From the NCBI GenBank assembly GCA_002269645.1, contig NIVC01003854.1, positions 9,656 to 73,655 on the forward strand: a stretch of 64,000 nucleotides of DNA. Direction: 5' to 3'. Below are positions 12,506 to 23,200 of this stretch, one piece after another (the stretch's first letter is position 1; each line of letters begins with the position of its first letter). Under the pieces are notes generated by a model. That model made no database searches. It had not been told where the DNA came from and saw nothing but the letters and a program-made list of their open reading frames with translations. This stretch comes from Macrostomum lignano. Lineage: Eukaryota. The translations under genes were made by a program, and so were the position numbers.

Positions 12506-12718
12506 GGCCACGATGCGTACAATATGAAGGGAGTGATAAAGTTGAATTGTGCCACAATTGGCCCAGGGCCCAGGGCGACATATATAAAAATAGAATATTC
12601 AATTCAATTTTGAGTAATAGAAAAATTCAAAAAAAATTAAAAAAAAATAATAGAAAAAGAATATACTTTTCGCACAATTCAACTTTGTCACTCCCTTCAT
12701 ATTGTACGCTTCGTGGCC
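12506..12718. mobile_element. MITE with ~47-bp terminal inverted repeats
   Basis: GGCCACGATGCGTACAATATGAAGGGAGTGATAAAGTTGAATTGTGC (12506-12552) is the near-perfect reverse complement of 12672-12718. AT-rich spacer. No clear TSD. Confidence 0.7.
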
Positions 12719-15389
12719 TTTTCAATTCAATTCGGGCGGGGGAATTCGGACGACTAAAAATAGAATAGTAAAATTGTAAAAGCGTCTGAGCTTTTCGAAA
12801 TTGTACGCTGCGCAAAGGTACAGTAGGCTCACAAGTGAGGCACAGCAGGTGCACGGGCGGTGCTGAAGGGGCGCAAAAAGCTCGTAATCATTCGTGTGCA
12901 AAAATGTGTGTATATAAAACCGTACAAATGAGTCTATACAAAATGCACACGCGGTTCGATTTTGTACATCTTTTGTACATCTTTTGATATCTATCTTAAA
13001 TCAGCGCTTCAGCTAGACTCCAGAACTCCAAAACTCCAGCAATGCCATCAGCAGACAATATCAGCGAGCACTCCTCAGCAACAGACCGACTGTCACGTAG
13101 GTAGTATTAATTTAATATATAAGAAAAACAAGGTATAAGTTGTAGTTGTAGTTAAATAAAAATACTGCTTTAAAGACAATCTTGAGAAAAATGTGTAGCA
13201 AAATAGGCTAGGCGTAGTAAAGTAGGAATTGCAATACCTATTGCAATTAGCAATAATTAATAAGATAGTGGTTAGGCATTAAGTAGGTTTTTAATAACCA
13301 TTTAGTAATATTTTTTGCGGAGGCTAGTGCCAGTGGAAAGACGCTATAAGCAAAAATATGTTAAAATATTTCAACGAAAAGGTTATATAGAGAGGTAAGG
13401 TAAAAATAAATCGCTTTTTAAATACTTTCGATATAAATTGGATGGCCAGCATTTTTTTGTGGCATCAAAACAAAAACCGAATTATTGTAGTAATCTTTTG
13501 TATCATAAAAGTATATTCTGCACATTCTGGCAATACATAAAAGCAAGAAAACACGTTTAGTACAGCACATGCGTTATGAATATGGCTGTATCGGAAAGTA
13601 GGAAGAAAAATGAGTACAAATTCCGATCGGAAGAAGAAGAGACGGTTTCCGACTAACTTCCGATTGCGCAAATATTTAGCTCGAAAAACATTTTCTTGAA
13701 TTACTTTATGCTTATTATTATAGTAACGTGTAATATAAAACAAAATATTGTGGTTTAAATCTTTTCCGGCAAATTCCGACTGCCGATTAAATTCCGATCA
13801 GATTCCAATCGAATTCCGACTACCCTTTTTTACTGGGTTACGAGTACTCTAAATACATTTTTCTGAATTTGCTATTCACAAGCAAAAATCTGTTTTTTAT
13901 TAAGTATTTGCTGTGCTTTTTACTCTTTTATCGTGCTGACTAATGTGAAAAAAGGAAACTATTTAGTTTGTTTTTTGTTACTCGAAAATATTTAAATTTC
14001 AGACGCCACGTTTTCAGACTTCTGAGTTTTATCGAGCTCGTGAAGCATGTTTTGTATTAATTTATCATAATCTAATTGACAAAGTTTTAACCTCAGAAAT
14101 AGTCAATGTGAGTTATTTCACTAAATGAGTCATTAACAAAGCCTGACCCCCTGTCCCTGCCTAGCTGGTTCAGGAATTGGCAGCCACTATAGTAAATTAT
14201 AGTTAAATAAGTCCAAGACAATTACTCAGACTAATTCTAAGAAAAAGAGGTTTAGCCCTAGGACAACTTTGTCTGTTATAAATTATCAGCGGTAAGATTA
14301 TTAAAGACAGAATTTTACCCCTCCTACAGCTTGGTGGACTAACGGTGGGATATTTACATTGAGAAGCAAACCCCCTGTTACACATCTATGCAATTCATGT
14401 AGTATGCGTACATGTCAAAGTTTTCATATACTCGTACATATTTATGTTCGAGTTCTGTACAAACTCTGTATTCTGTTGATGTCGCGTTGATAAAAGCCAA
14501 AATATTACACTCTCATATAGACTATAACTTACTAATTAAGCTCATTAATGATTTATTGAGCTCAGCCAGAATTGTACGAGCGTACATGTGTAAAAGTGTC
14601 CATGGCTTTCCAATGGACATGGCTTTCAAACTGCTGAGAGGCCAGCACAGAAGATTAAGCAAAAATAGTACTCTAGGTAATTTAACATGAATTTTGCATG
14701 TAAATGTAATCAAACCTGCACATTAACATGTATATACAGACATATGTACATCAAGGACTACTCAAGTATATAGAAGGACGGGATCAAAACTAAGTTTTTT
14801 TCTCGTAAAAGTTTAGAAGATGGTTTTTACTGAAAAAATGCATTACAGAGATACATAAATGTATTTGGGAGGTTTTTATCTTTTGAGCACAAAATGTGTT
14901 GCTTTTGATAGTAATAGGCAGTTCCAACATTCTTCTTTTGATAAGTTTTGCCTTTCCTATAGCTATTTGATATTGATAAAGCTATTGCTTTTGAAAATTA
15001 GTGTTCATTGTCAATTTCCTATGCGACATCGGGCAAGTCAACTGTGCTTGGATCACTACCAGCCTCATGCACAAAGATCAGTTAAAGCTTATTAAGTTTA
15101 ACGGGACTGTATGCTGTTATTCTTTAATTTAAGTGTGTGATGGCTTGACTTGTACGTGCAGCCTGGCTAGGGTTGCTACTTCCATTGACTACATGTACGT
15201 TCGTTTGCACCTTGTTTGCACATCCCCTCACTGACTCACCGGAGTCACCCTTTCTTAACACTCCCCTCTGCACACGACCTCCATACGCGTATGGCTAAGT
15301 TGGGGCGAGGGGCCCTCTAAATATATAAAAACTGGACCGGCCCACAGCTTGAAAACGAATGTGCTCTAGTACCCAGCGCAGCAGTTCGT

Positions 15390-15932
15390 CAACTTTAGCG
15401 GTCTGGTTCCCGGAGTCCGCGAAGATTCGCGGCGTCGCGCCCGGGCTTGTCCATGCGCCGGCTGCCTTCCGTTCTGTGAGGGCGCAGTCCTGCAGTTCGA
15501 GGCCCACATGACCGCCAGAGGGCGGCATTGTTCCAGACGGTGGTCGAGATCATCCTGTTGTTCGAAGTACAACGCCGAGACCTGGACGCTGACGGATTCT
15601 CTCGAGCAATAAGTTGACGTGGCGCACGCTGGCCTGCTACGCGCCGCCTTCAAGATCGGCTACGAGCGAGTGACCAACGCGGAATTGTATTACCGCGCTG
15701 GCCTGGTTCGTCCAAGCGACCTTTTTCGCCGTCGGCGACTCCAGCTGGCAGGCCATATCATCCGCGCCGAGTGTCCACGACCGGTGCAGGAGGTGCTGTT
15801 GCTGACGCTGCAGGCACCCTACCGGTGAGGGCGTTTCCCACTCGGCGTTTCGTCGACTGCCTGCTGACTGCCCGAGATTCGGCCGGCGGTGTCGCGTTCG
15901 TTCGCGACCTGGCCCTGGGACGCGCCGTGTGA
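15390..15932 (+). mobile_element. 5'-truncated non-LTR retrotransposon (RTE-like) 3' fragment
   Basis: Post-RT pattern LFQTVVE..L...ETWTLT...VDVAHAGLLRAAFKIGYERVTNAELY...RRRRLQLAGHIIRAE, with stops and frameshifts. A second copy lies at 50512-50672. Confidence 0.75.
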
Positions 15933-16023
15933 CGCTAACTGCATATTTTGTTGTTCTATCCAGCTACCGCGTCTGCCCCGAGGATCTGAATTGTATGTCT
16001 AAATTGTTCAGGTAGATCAGCAG

Positions 16024-16145
16024 CGGTCAGTGGTCGGTGATAAGGTCAAATGGTATACCGACCAAATACATGTACACTCGTAACGGTTTGACAGCCTTCA
16101 TTATGACAAGGAACTCTCGATTCGTCGTGCAGTAATTCTGCTCAT
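16024..16145 (-). mobile_element. Ty3/Gypsy RNase H fragment
   Basis: EQNYCTTNREFLVIMKAVKPLRV(YM)YLVGIPFDLITDH*PL matches the Gypsy RNase H pattern ERNY...RELLA...R.YL.G..F...TDH.PL. Confidence 0.8.
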
Positions 16146-16569
16146 CTCTGCCAGTCATCTTCAACCAATTGTAGTGTGAAGTTTGCTCTTCTTGTCGGGT
16201 TCTCGAAGATGTTCCTAGAAAATAAAACCCGCTGCTCCTGAAGAAGCTAGATAGCACCGCAGTACTACCTATCGATTTGCCTGAAAATGAACCTAAAACG
16301 TTGCCGTGACTTGGTAGGGTTGCTGCCACCTTGGTGTGCGGACTCGACGCGTCGGCAGAGTTGTCTATCCGTCACCTGAATGAAAAATAACAAAGTCGCT
16401 CGGAGCAAAGGCAAATCTGAAAAATGTCTCGACAGTCGATCGTCTTAGTAGAATGCTGCTCGAACCTGAAAACCTGTAAAACCTGAAATGAGAGAGGAGA
16501 GCTCGGAGGCAGAGAGGCAGCTCCGGTCGAGCCCAGGCAGGACGACGCGATCTGGAGAAAATGGCTCGC

Positions 16570-16945
16570 AGATGCTCCGTATTTATAGCCGAGCGGACCC
16601 CCAAAAGTCACGTGAGTTTCATGCGATGAGCGCGTGAAACTTCCTTATTTGGGCATTGGAATCATGCGGGCGACGCGTGATCCAAGGCCAACTTCCAAAT
16701 AAGGCAACCCTGTCACGCAGCAGTGGCGTGACTCAAGGTCAGTGGCCACGCACAGAGTGCGTGCACAGTCACGTGCTTAATCTGTGCTAAAAATAGAACT
16801 TGGGCGGATGAGTCATCCTGTTTACTCCCTCTAGGCAGCCCTTACACTCGGCGCAGGTGATGAGTCATCCTGCTACGCCTCCTCAGCGCGAGTGGGAAGA
16901 CATTGAGTGGGGCTGCCCGCGCCCGCTCAGGCGATGAGTCATCGG
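16570..16945 (-). promoter_or_regulatory. Pol II promoter-like module: TATA, two Ets-CArG (SRE-like) sites, four AP-1 sites, two E-boxes
   Basis: Minus-strand CTATAAATA at 16580-16588. CArG CCTTATTTGG (16643) and CCAAATAAGG (16695), each overlapped by ACTTCC. TGACTCA at 16729. ATGAGTCAT at 16808, 16860, 16934. CACGTG at 16609, 16770. Confidence 0.6.
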
Positions 16946-18261
16946 GCAGTAAACACTTAGGCCCAGCACAGGGTATCTCTCTCACTAGATCAGGTGGACT
17001 GAGCTACTGTGCAGCGGACCACAGCACTCTTAAGGAAAGCTAGTGAATGCTGCTGAATAACCAGTTAGCAGCCAGTCACTACAGTAGGCCAGACCGGCAC
17101 TTTAGTGAGAAGCTTAAGTCCTTAAGTTATGATCCATCCTTAAGTTAGGTGTACGGGCTCCGAATCAGGCTCTGGCTGGGTGAGCTATCAAACCGGACAA
17201 CGAAAGAATCGTGCGTGCATGCCCCAACATCGAAGCCTTATAGTACTTGTAAACCGCAGATCTAGATATCCCTGCATCTCTGCACTCACCGCGATTGCTC
17301 TCCCAAGTGCCGATGCCGGCTGCCAGCATGGATTCTTCTTCAATCGCTTGCAGCAGTAGTTTTGCCATCCCCGCGATAGGTGAGGCGGCAGTGTTGTGTT
17401 GAGAGAGTCAGACTTATTTTGGGGTACACTCGAACACATATAGACCACGTTGGCCCTCCGATAGGTTTATTTATACTTTAGCTGCGACAGATCAATATCG
17501 CCAAACAGAAGTTCATAGCAGATGTACATACCTGCAAACCAGCTACACAACAGGCAGTACCAGCAGTCAACGCGTCCATCTGTCGCCCTCCTCATCGTTG
17601 GGCGCTGTCCGTGGCGGCCAGTCAAGCTATTTGATCTTCTGCGTCAGGGCTTCAATGCGCAGCTACAGGGCACGTCAGTACCACAACCAAACCCGCAGAA
17701 TCGCTTATGTTGCTTTAGCCACCTTCAAAACTTCGTCGCAGGTCTTTGCCGCCCATCCGTCTGATTGCATCCAGCCCTGACACGAAGCACTTCAATTCCT
17801 TGCATACATGTACTTCTGCATTTTGGATATTCGAGATGATCCTTCCAGAGTCGAATTACATGTACGCGGAACCTCCTCATGCGCCCCGTGTCCACCGAAT
17901 CGTGCTGGAAAGCACACGCTCCAAACTGCCGGAGCCGAGTGAAAAAAATCGAGTTTCATCATTCAGCTGCGCAGTACTCTCGAAATTCTGGATGGCCTTG
18001 TCCCGTCAGCTCGTAGCGCCGCTCTCGCTGCTCAAGATATAATATAAATACATGTATATCTGCATAAGAAACTGCATGCCACTAGTGCGTAAAATGAAAA
18101 TGACTACCTATATACATGTAGATCCATTAGAAAAACCGTTACAGGGACGGTCGCCATGGATTTTATGGTCTGAGGACAAAAAGCGAAGAACTCAACATGT
18201 ACGTGTATGTACATGCCTAAATTCCTACATTTCCATTATTTTGAGAATCGTACGTGTTGTC

Positions 18262-18462
18262 AGCGCTCATTTTGGCACGGCAGGCACTCATTTTAGCGCG
18301 GAAGGCATTCCTTTCGGCGGCGCAGGCACTCACTTTAGAGCCGCAGGCACTCATTTAGCGTCGCAGTCATGCACTCATTTTGGCGCTGCAGGCATTCCTT
18401 TTGCGGCGCCACAGGCATTCCTTTCGCGGCGCCGCAGGCACTCATTTTAGCGCGGCAGGCGC
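18262..18462. repeat. ~22-bp minisatellite (GCAGGCACTCATTTTAGCGC-like), probably part of a non-autonomous DNA element ending near 18607
   Basis: Tandem degenerate units, followed by GGGGGACATGTCCCCTGTCCCCCGGTGGCGACGCGCCTG, a typical MITE end. Confidence 0.6.
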
Positions 18463-19995
18463 TATATTTTGGTGCCCTGAAGAAAAACTATTGAATACCA
18501 CAACGGGTCACAAAATTGGGTGGGGGGATAAAGCATTGTTGGCATGTCCCCCCAAAGCTTTTACTAGGGGGGGACATGTCCCCTGTCCCCCGGTGGCGAC
18601 GCGCCTGGACCGTTATTGTCTACAGGGCCCCATCCACACTCAATGACGACTAGGTTCCCACCGGCTCTTTACGATCGGGTCACGTGCGATTTCCGGGCGG
18701 GGTGCCGCGTTCCCCGTAGAGCAATTCGACTTCGTCCAATGTTTTCTACGCATGTCGGCCTCGCTGCCAAATAGATACTTTTTTCAACACCGACGTTCAG
18801 CGAGCGAATAACGTCGTTGTCTGTCGGTGAAACGTAGTATAATTAAGTTACAATTAATGAATGCGCGATGCGTACATGCGCAACTAAGTCCCAAAATCGT
18901 CTGCTATAGCAGGCAAAATATAAGCTTTAATGCTGAAGCTACAGAATTAATGCTCTGTATAAACCTACTTTTAGCATAATTTAGTATTTAGAATAAAAAG
19001 CACACGCGTAAAATTTAATATAATCACAAAAAAATTTTTTTTAAACTAAATAAAAAAACTGTTTCACTATTTTTCATGACCTGTATGATTGCTGCCTGCC
19101 AGCGGCCTTATAATACAATTTTCCTGCTGCCTCCAAGCACAAAACAACGCAGCAAAATGCTGCCGATAGAACAGCATGCTGGCAGTGCAGGCCCTGCATT
19201 GTGCTAAAATCAAAGTGAAAAGTACGAGGCTAGGTACAACAAAAATATAAAATAACAATTTGGTAATGCTAAATTTGCAAGCATAGCCTATTAGCTAATT
19301 CTAGCTTTCATTTTGCATACTTAACGAGGCCTACTATATAATAAGCTAAAAATGGTAATTATTAAATGATAGGCCTAAACACATTTATTGGATTTTTTAT
19401 TTTTAATGGTTATTATTCATTATTGAGTGATGTTTAGGCCTACTTCGTATTTAATGGCTAGGCCTAACTCTTTAGAAGGCAACTAGGTGCTAGGCCTAGA
19501 CCCTTCATTTGTCTTTTTTATTCAAGATTCTAAAAACAAGGCCAAAGAAGCAAATTTGGCTGTATTTATAGGCCTAGCTAGTAAATCAGATTTAAAAGGT
19601 TTTTTAAGTTCTATACTAGGCGGCTAGGCCTGGTAGATGGTAGCTAGCTAGGGTAAGTTTAATTATTTGAAGTAAGCTAGGTCTATATAATATAATTTCC
19701 TATTATTTGCTTAATTAATAATTATTAATGTAGGGCCTATTACAGAATATTAGATTCCTAATCTTAGAGCTTGCTAAGAGTTGAGAATTGGTTATTTTTT
19801 ATCTCACAAATAAAGTATTTAAGATAGAGGCTAAAGCTTTAGGCTTATTGTTAAAAAAATTATATATAAATTGCTACCATTTATTATTAAAAAGGGTAGG
19901 CCTATATAATCAGTTTGGCCAAGCTGTTATACAAGATAATTTGTAGGTACCATGGTAGAAAGAGGCATAAAGAAGACTCAAGCCAAGGTCTGGAT

Positions 19996-20291
19996 CATAC
20001 ATGCGCAACCTCCAAATTTTGGTCGGCCATGCGACTTAGTTTTAACAAAAATGCGACGTAGTTTTTGGCCAAAAATGCGACTTACATGTAAAAAACCCGA
20101 AAGCAAAAGTAATGCAACTTTGGGTAAACGGCAGGAGTAACTATGACTGTCTTATAAAGCCAAAATGCCTCGTCAGCTACTTAGTACTACTACTCCGTGT
20201 TTTTTCGGGTTGGCATTTTTGCGACTTCCTTGGTTGGCCGCCAAATCGGTCGGCCAGATCGGCCGACTCGGCCGACTGTTGCGCATGTATG
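19996..20291. mobile_element. hAT-type MITE (296 bp) containing a 28S rDNA-derived segment
   Basis: Perfect 14-bp TIR CATACATGCGCAAC / GTTGCGCATGTATG. 8-bp TSD GTCTGGAT at 19988-19995 and 20292-20299. Confidence 0.9.
20122..20185 (+). other. Degenerate 28S rRNA fragment (R2 / I-PpoI target region); not a functional rRNA gene
   Basis: GGGTAAACGGCaGGAGTAACTATGACTgTCTTAtaaAGCCAAAaTGCCTCGTCAgCTAcTTAGT versus conserved 28S GGGTAAACGGCGGGAGTAACTATGACTCTCTTAAGGTAGCCAAATGCCTCGTCATCTAATTAGT (recalled). Confidence 0.85.
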
Positions 20292-23200
20292 GTCTGGATT
20301 ATATAATAAGTTTAGTGTACATTAGAACATGAATCTTATCTTAGCTAAATGTATGCCAGTGTATGCCAAAAACTAAAAAATTCCTTAAAATGTATGCTGA
20401 AAATTCCTCCTAAAAAGGTCATTTAGTATTTTTAAGTAAAGTTTCCTAAAAAAAGGCTTTTGTACAAAAAATCTTTAAATATATTACAATTTTTTTTTAT
20501 TTTAAACAAACTTAAATTATATTTATAAAAAGAATGATGCAAAATTTATGTTCTTAGCAATAATTTATACTAATTTACATTTATTGTTAATTTTAATGAA
20601 GCAAAAAGTTTTTCATTGACTTTCTAGACTATCTAAATTTTCCTTTATTTCATGTAAAAATGTTAATTTACATTATAATATTTATGCATAGCATGAATTT
20701 ATTCACCAATATTTTTATGCCAAAAAATTGCATGAATTTGTATACCAAAATTTGTATGCCAGCTTTCGAAGGGGTCATTTATATATCAAAATTTTCTAGT
20801 ATACATGTAACCTTTTAGAGTCTAGGATTCCAGCACTAAAGTTAGTAGTAAAATATATAAATACTCAAGAACAAAGGTAAGAAAAGAGCAAGAGCACATA
20901 ACAAGGAATGAAACCAATGTTTGCCATTGTTTGGCAATTCTTATATTAGCTAGAAAGTTAAACATAGATAAGCAAAGGTAGATAAGTTAAATAGTAACAA
21001 AAATTTTGGTATTTAACAAATGGGGCCAGGCAATGGACATGTAGATAGGTAAAAAAAATCAAGAGATTAACATAGGGTTTGGCTAGAAAATGACAAAGAA
21101 ACAAAAGAAAAAAGTTAAAAAACAAAAATGGAAATGGCAAAAAGACCAAAAGAGAGCAAAAAGCACCAATACAAAGACCGAAACTGGGAAAAGGAGGATA
21201 ACAAAATCCACATCATGAGGGTACACCTTAGGATGGTTAGATTGGACCAAACAGGAAAAAAATCCAAACAAGAGAGAGTGATATCAAATAGTGGTAGCCC
21301 CATTGCAACATGCACCATGGTCAGGAAGGTGCAGCATGTGTGCCAGAATAACATCCATCAAAGTTTTTGTGCGTTGTGTGTGCCGAGAAAAAAAAATTAC
21401 TTGTGCACCATGCCCCAAGAAAAATACACTTGAAAAAGCACCATCAAGTATTAAGTATCTAAATTGAATCAATACCAATGGAAGTTCAAGCAGTTCAATC
21501 ATGGCTTCTATTTGCAAAATATAAGCAAAAAGGCGCAACAAAAGCTGCGAAAGGCGCAAATTTGTTAAGTAAAAGGTACATTGTACATGATATAGCCAAA
21601 AAATTCCAAGGATTCTATTGTCTTCCTGGCTGTGGCATGCCCGTAACTCCAACTTCAAAATCTGCATCACCATCACTGTCACTGTCACTTGAGTGACTTG
21701 ACCTTGACTTACTCATACTGAACTGAACTGAAAATGCTCCAACTTGCTCCATTGCTCGTTGCTTTGCAATTGTTAAAAGCTACGATTAATAAAATTTGAA
21801 ATAAAAACAACATTGGAAATAACGACTATCATATTGACTATCGTTTATTTTATTGATTGATTGACATTTAATATACATTTTTTTATTATTCATTATTATA
21901 TTGTCACATACACTGACGTACCTTGTGTGCCATGCGCCGAGCCATGCACCAATGCACCGAGCCATGTGTCGATGCACCGAGCCCATGCGCGCGGCGCAGC
22001 AAAGTGTGCGCCGGAAAATTGCTGATTTGCACCGGAAAATTCCAAGGATTCTATCGTCTTCCTAGCTGTGGTACATGCATAGGGCAGTCGCATGAAAAAA
22101 AATATTTTGAAAAAATAGCCTTCTAGGCTCACTCTTTAGGGGTCAGGTCTTCTTCAATTTTAGTCAAATGCATCTTTAACATCTGGCTGGGTAGGCACCT
22201 TATTGATCTTTGGCCATTGCATCTCAGGCTAATAGTCCTAGGTAGCTAAAGGCTAAGGCTGAGTTGGCCATGCAAGCATGTTTGAATAGCTATTCTAATA
22301 TTAGTGGCAGGGCCTATCTACAAGCTACAGTGTGGTCTTCATCTATTGCTAATCTAAATGCAGTTGCCAAGAACTTTAGCAACAATGTCAATTGCCTACA
22401 TAGCAGCCAATAGTCCATATTGGTTGGCAAGGCATCTCTAGTGTTTGCCATTGTTCACTTAGTCAGTGTTCCTCAGATCTCTAAGCTCCTTTAGCAAGAG
22501 TTCTATAAGTTGTTAGGATATTGTGACAGCTAGCTAAGAGGCTGGTGCATGCTTGCTAGGTCTTTGAGCATCCTGAGACTCTTGGCTAGATCCACTTGTC
22601 TAAGCTGATAGTGGCATTGGAGGCATGAGATACCAATCTGACTCTAGCAGCTATATCACCTTGGGTTTTAGGGCCATTGAAGTAGCTCTTACCTTGTTAA
22701 AGAAGTCTGAGCTAGTTAGGGCTATTAGCCAGAGTTAGTAGATCTTCACTGGCTAGGGGCTCTAGGGCATTGAGTAGCTCATATATTAGATCTAGCAAAG
22801 CTAGAATAAGTGTAATGGCATCACTTGGAATAGTCTTGGGTCATTAGCCATTGGTGTACTAGGCATAGCAATATGGCAAAGCAATAGGAATAGAAATAAT
22901 ATACTAAATATAAACAGATAAACAGGTATATATTTATTAGATAAACAGATAAATATAAATAGGCAACATTTAAGAAAAATAGCAATGGCAAAGTTGATAG
23001 TAGTTTATAAATTAAAACTATGAGCTGGTCAAATTTTACTTGAAATATCAAATAGTAGTCAACCTATATGTTCTTTGCTAAGGGCACAAATTACAAAATT
23101 ATGCAGACAATTGCAACAAAATTTTCTCTGATTTCTGGGTCCTGGGTCCTCAATTCTGGGGGAGGGTATTTGTAGTCAAGCAGTCATTAAGCAGCATGGT

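Noticed and set aside
16170-17083. Solo LTR call
   Set aside because: 7-bp inverted ends are present, but the flanks (CCAAT vs GTAGG) are not a TSD, and no PBS or correctly placed poly(A) signal was found; kept only as a hypothesis.
17165-18040. Possible transposase remnant (HTH-like DAGISRSAVYKY; LDWPP)
   Set aside because: Motifs are short, in different frames and lack a DDE context.
22141-22870. Ancestral ORF recoverable by reverting TA/TG/CA to CG (also 24650-25080, minus strand)
   Set aside because: Several frames become open after reversion and none gave a recognisable protein by eye; needs blastx.
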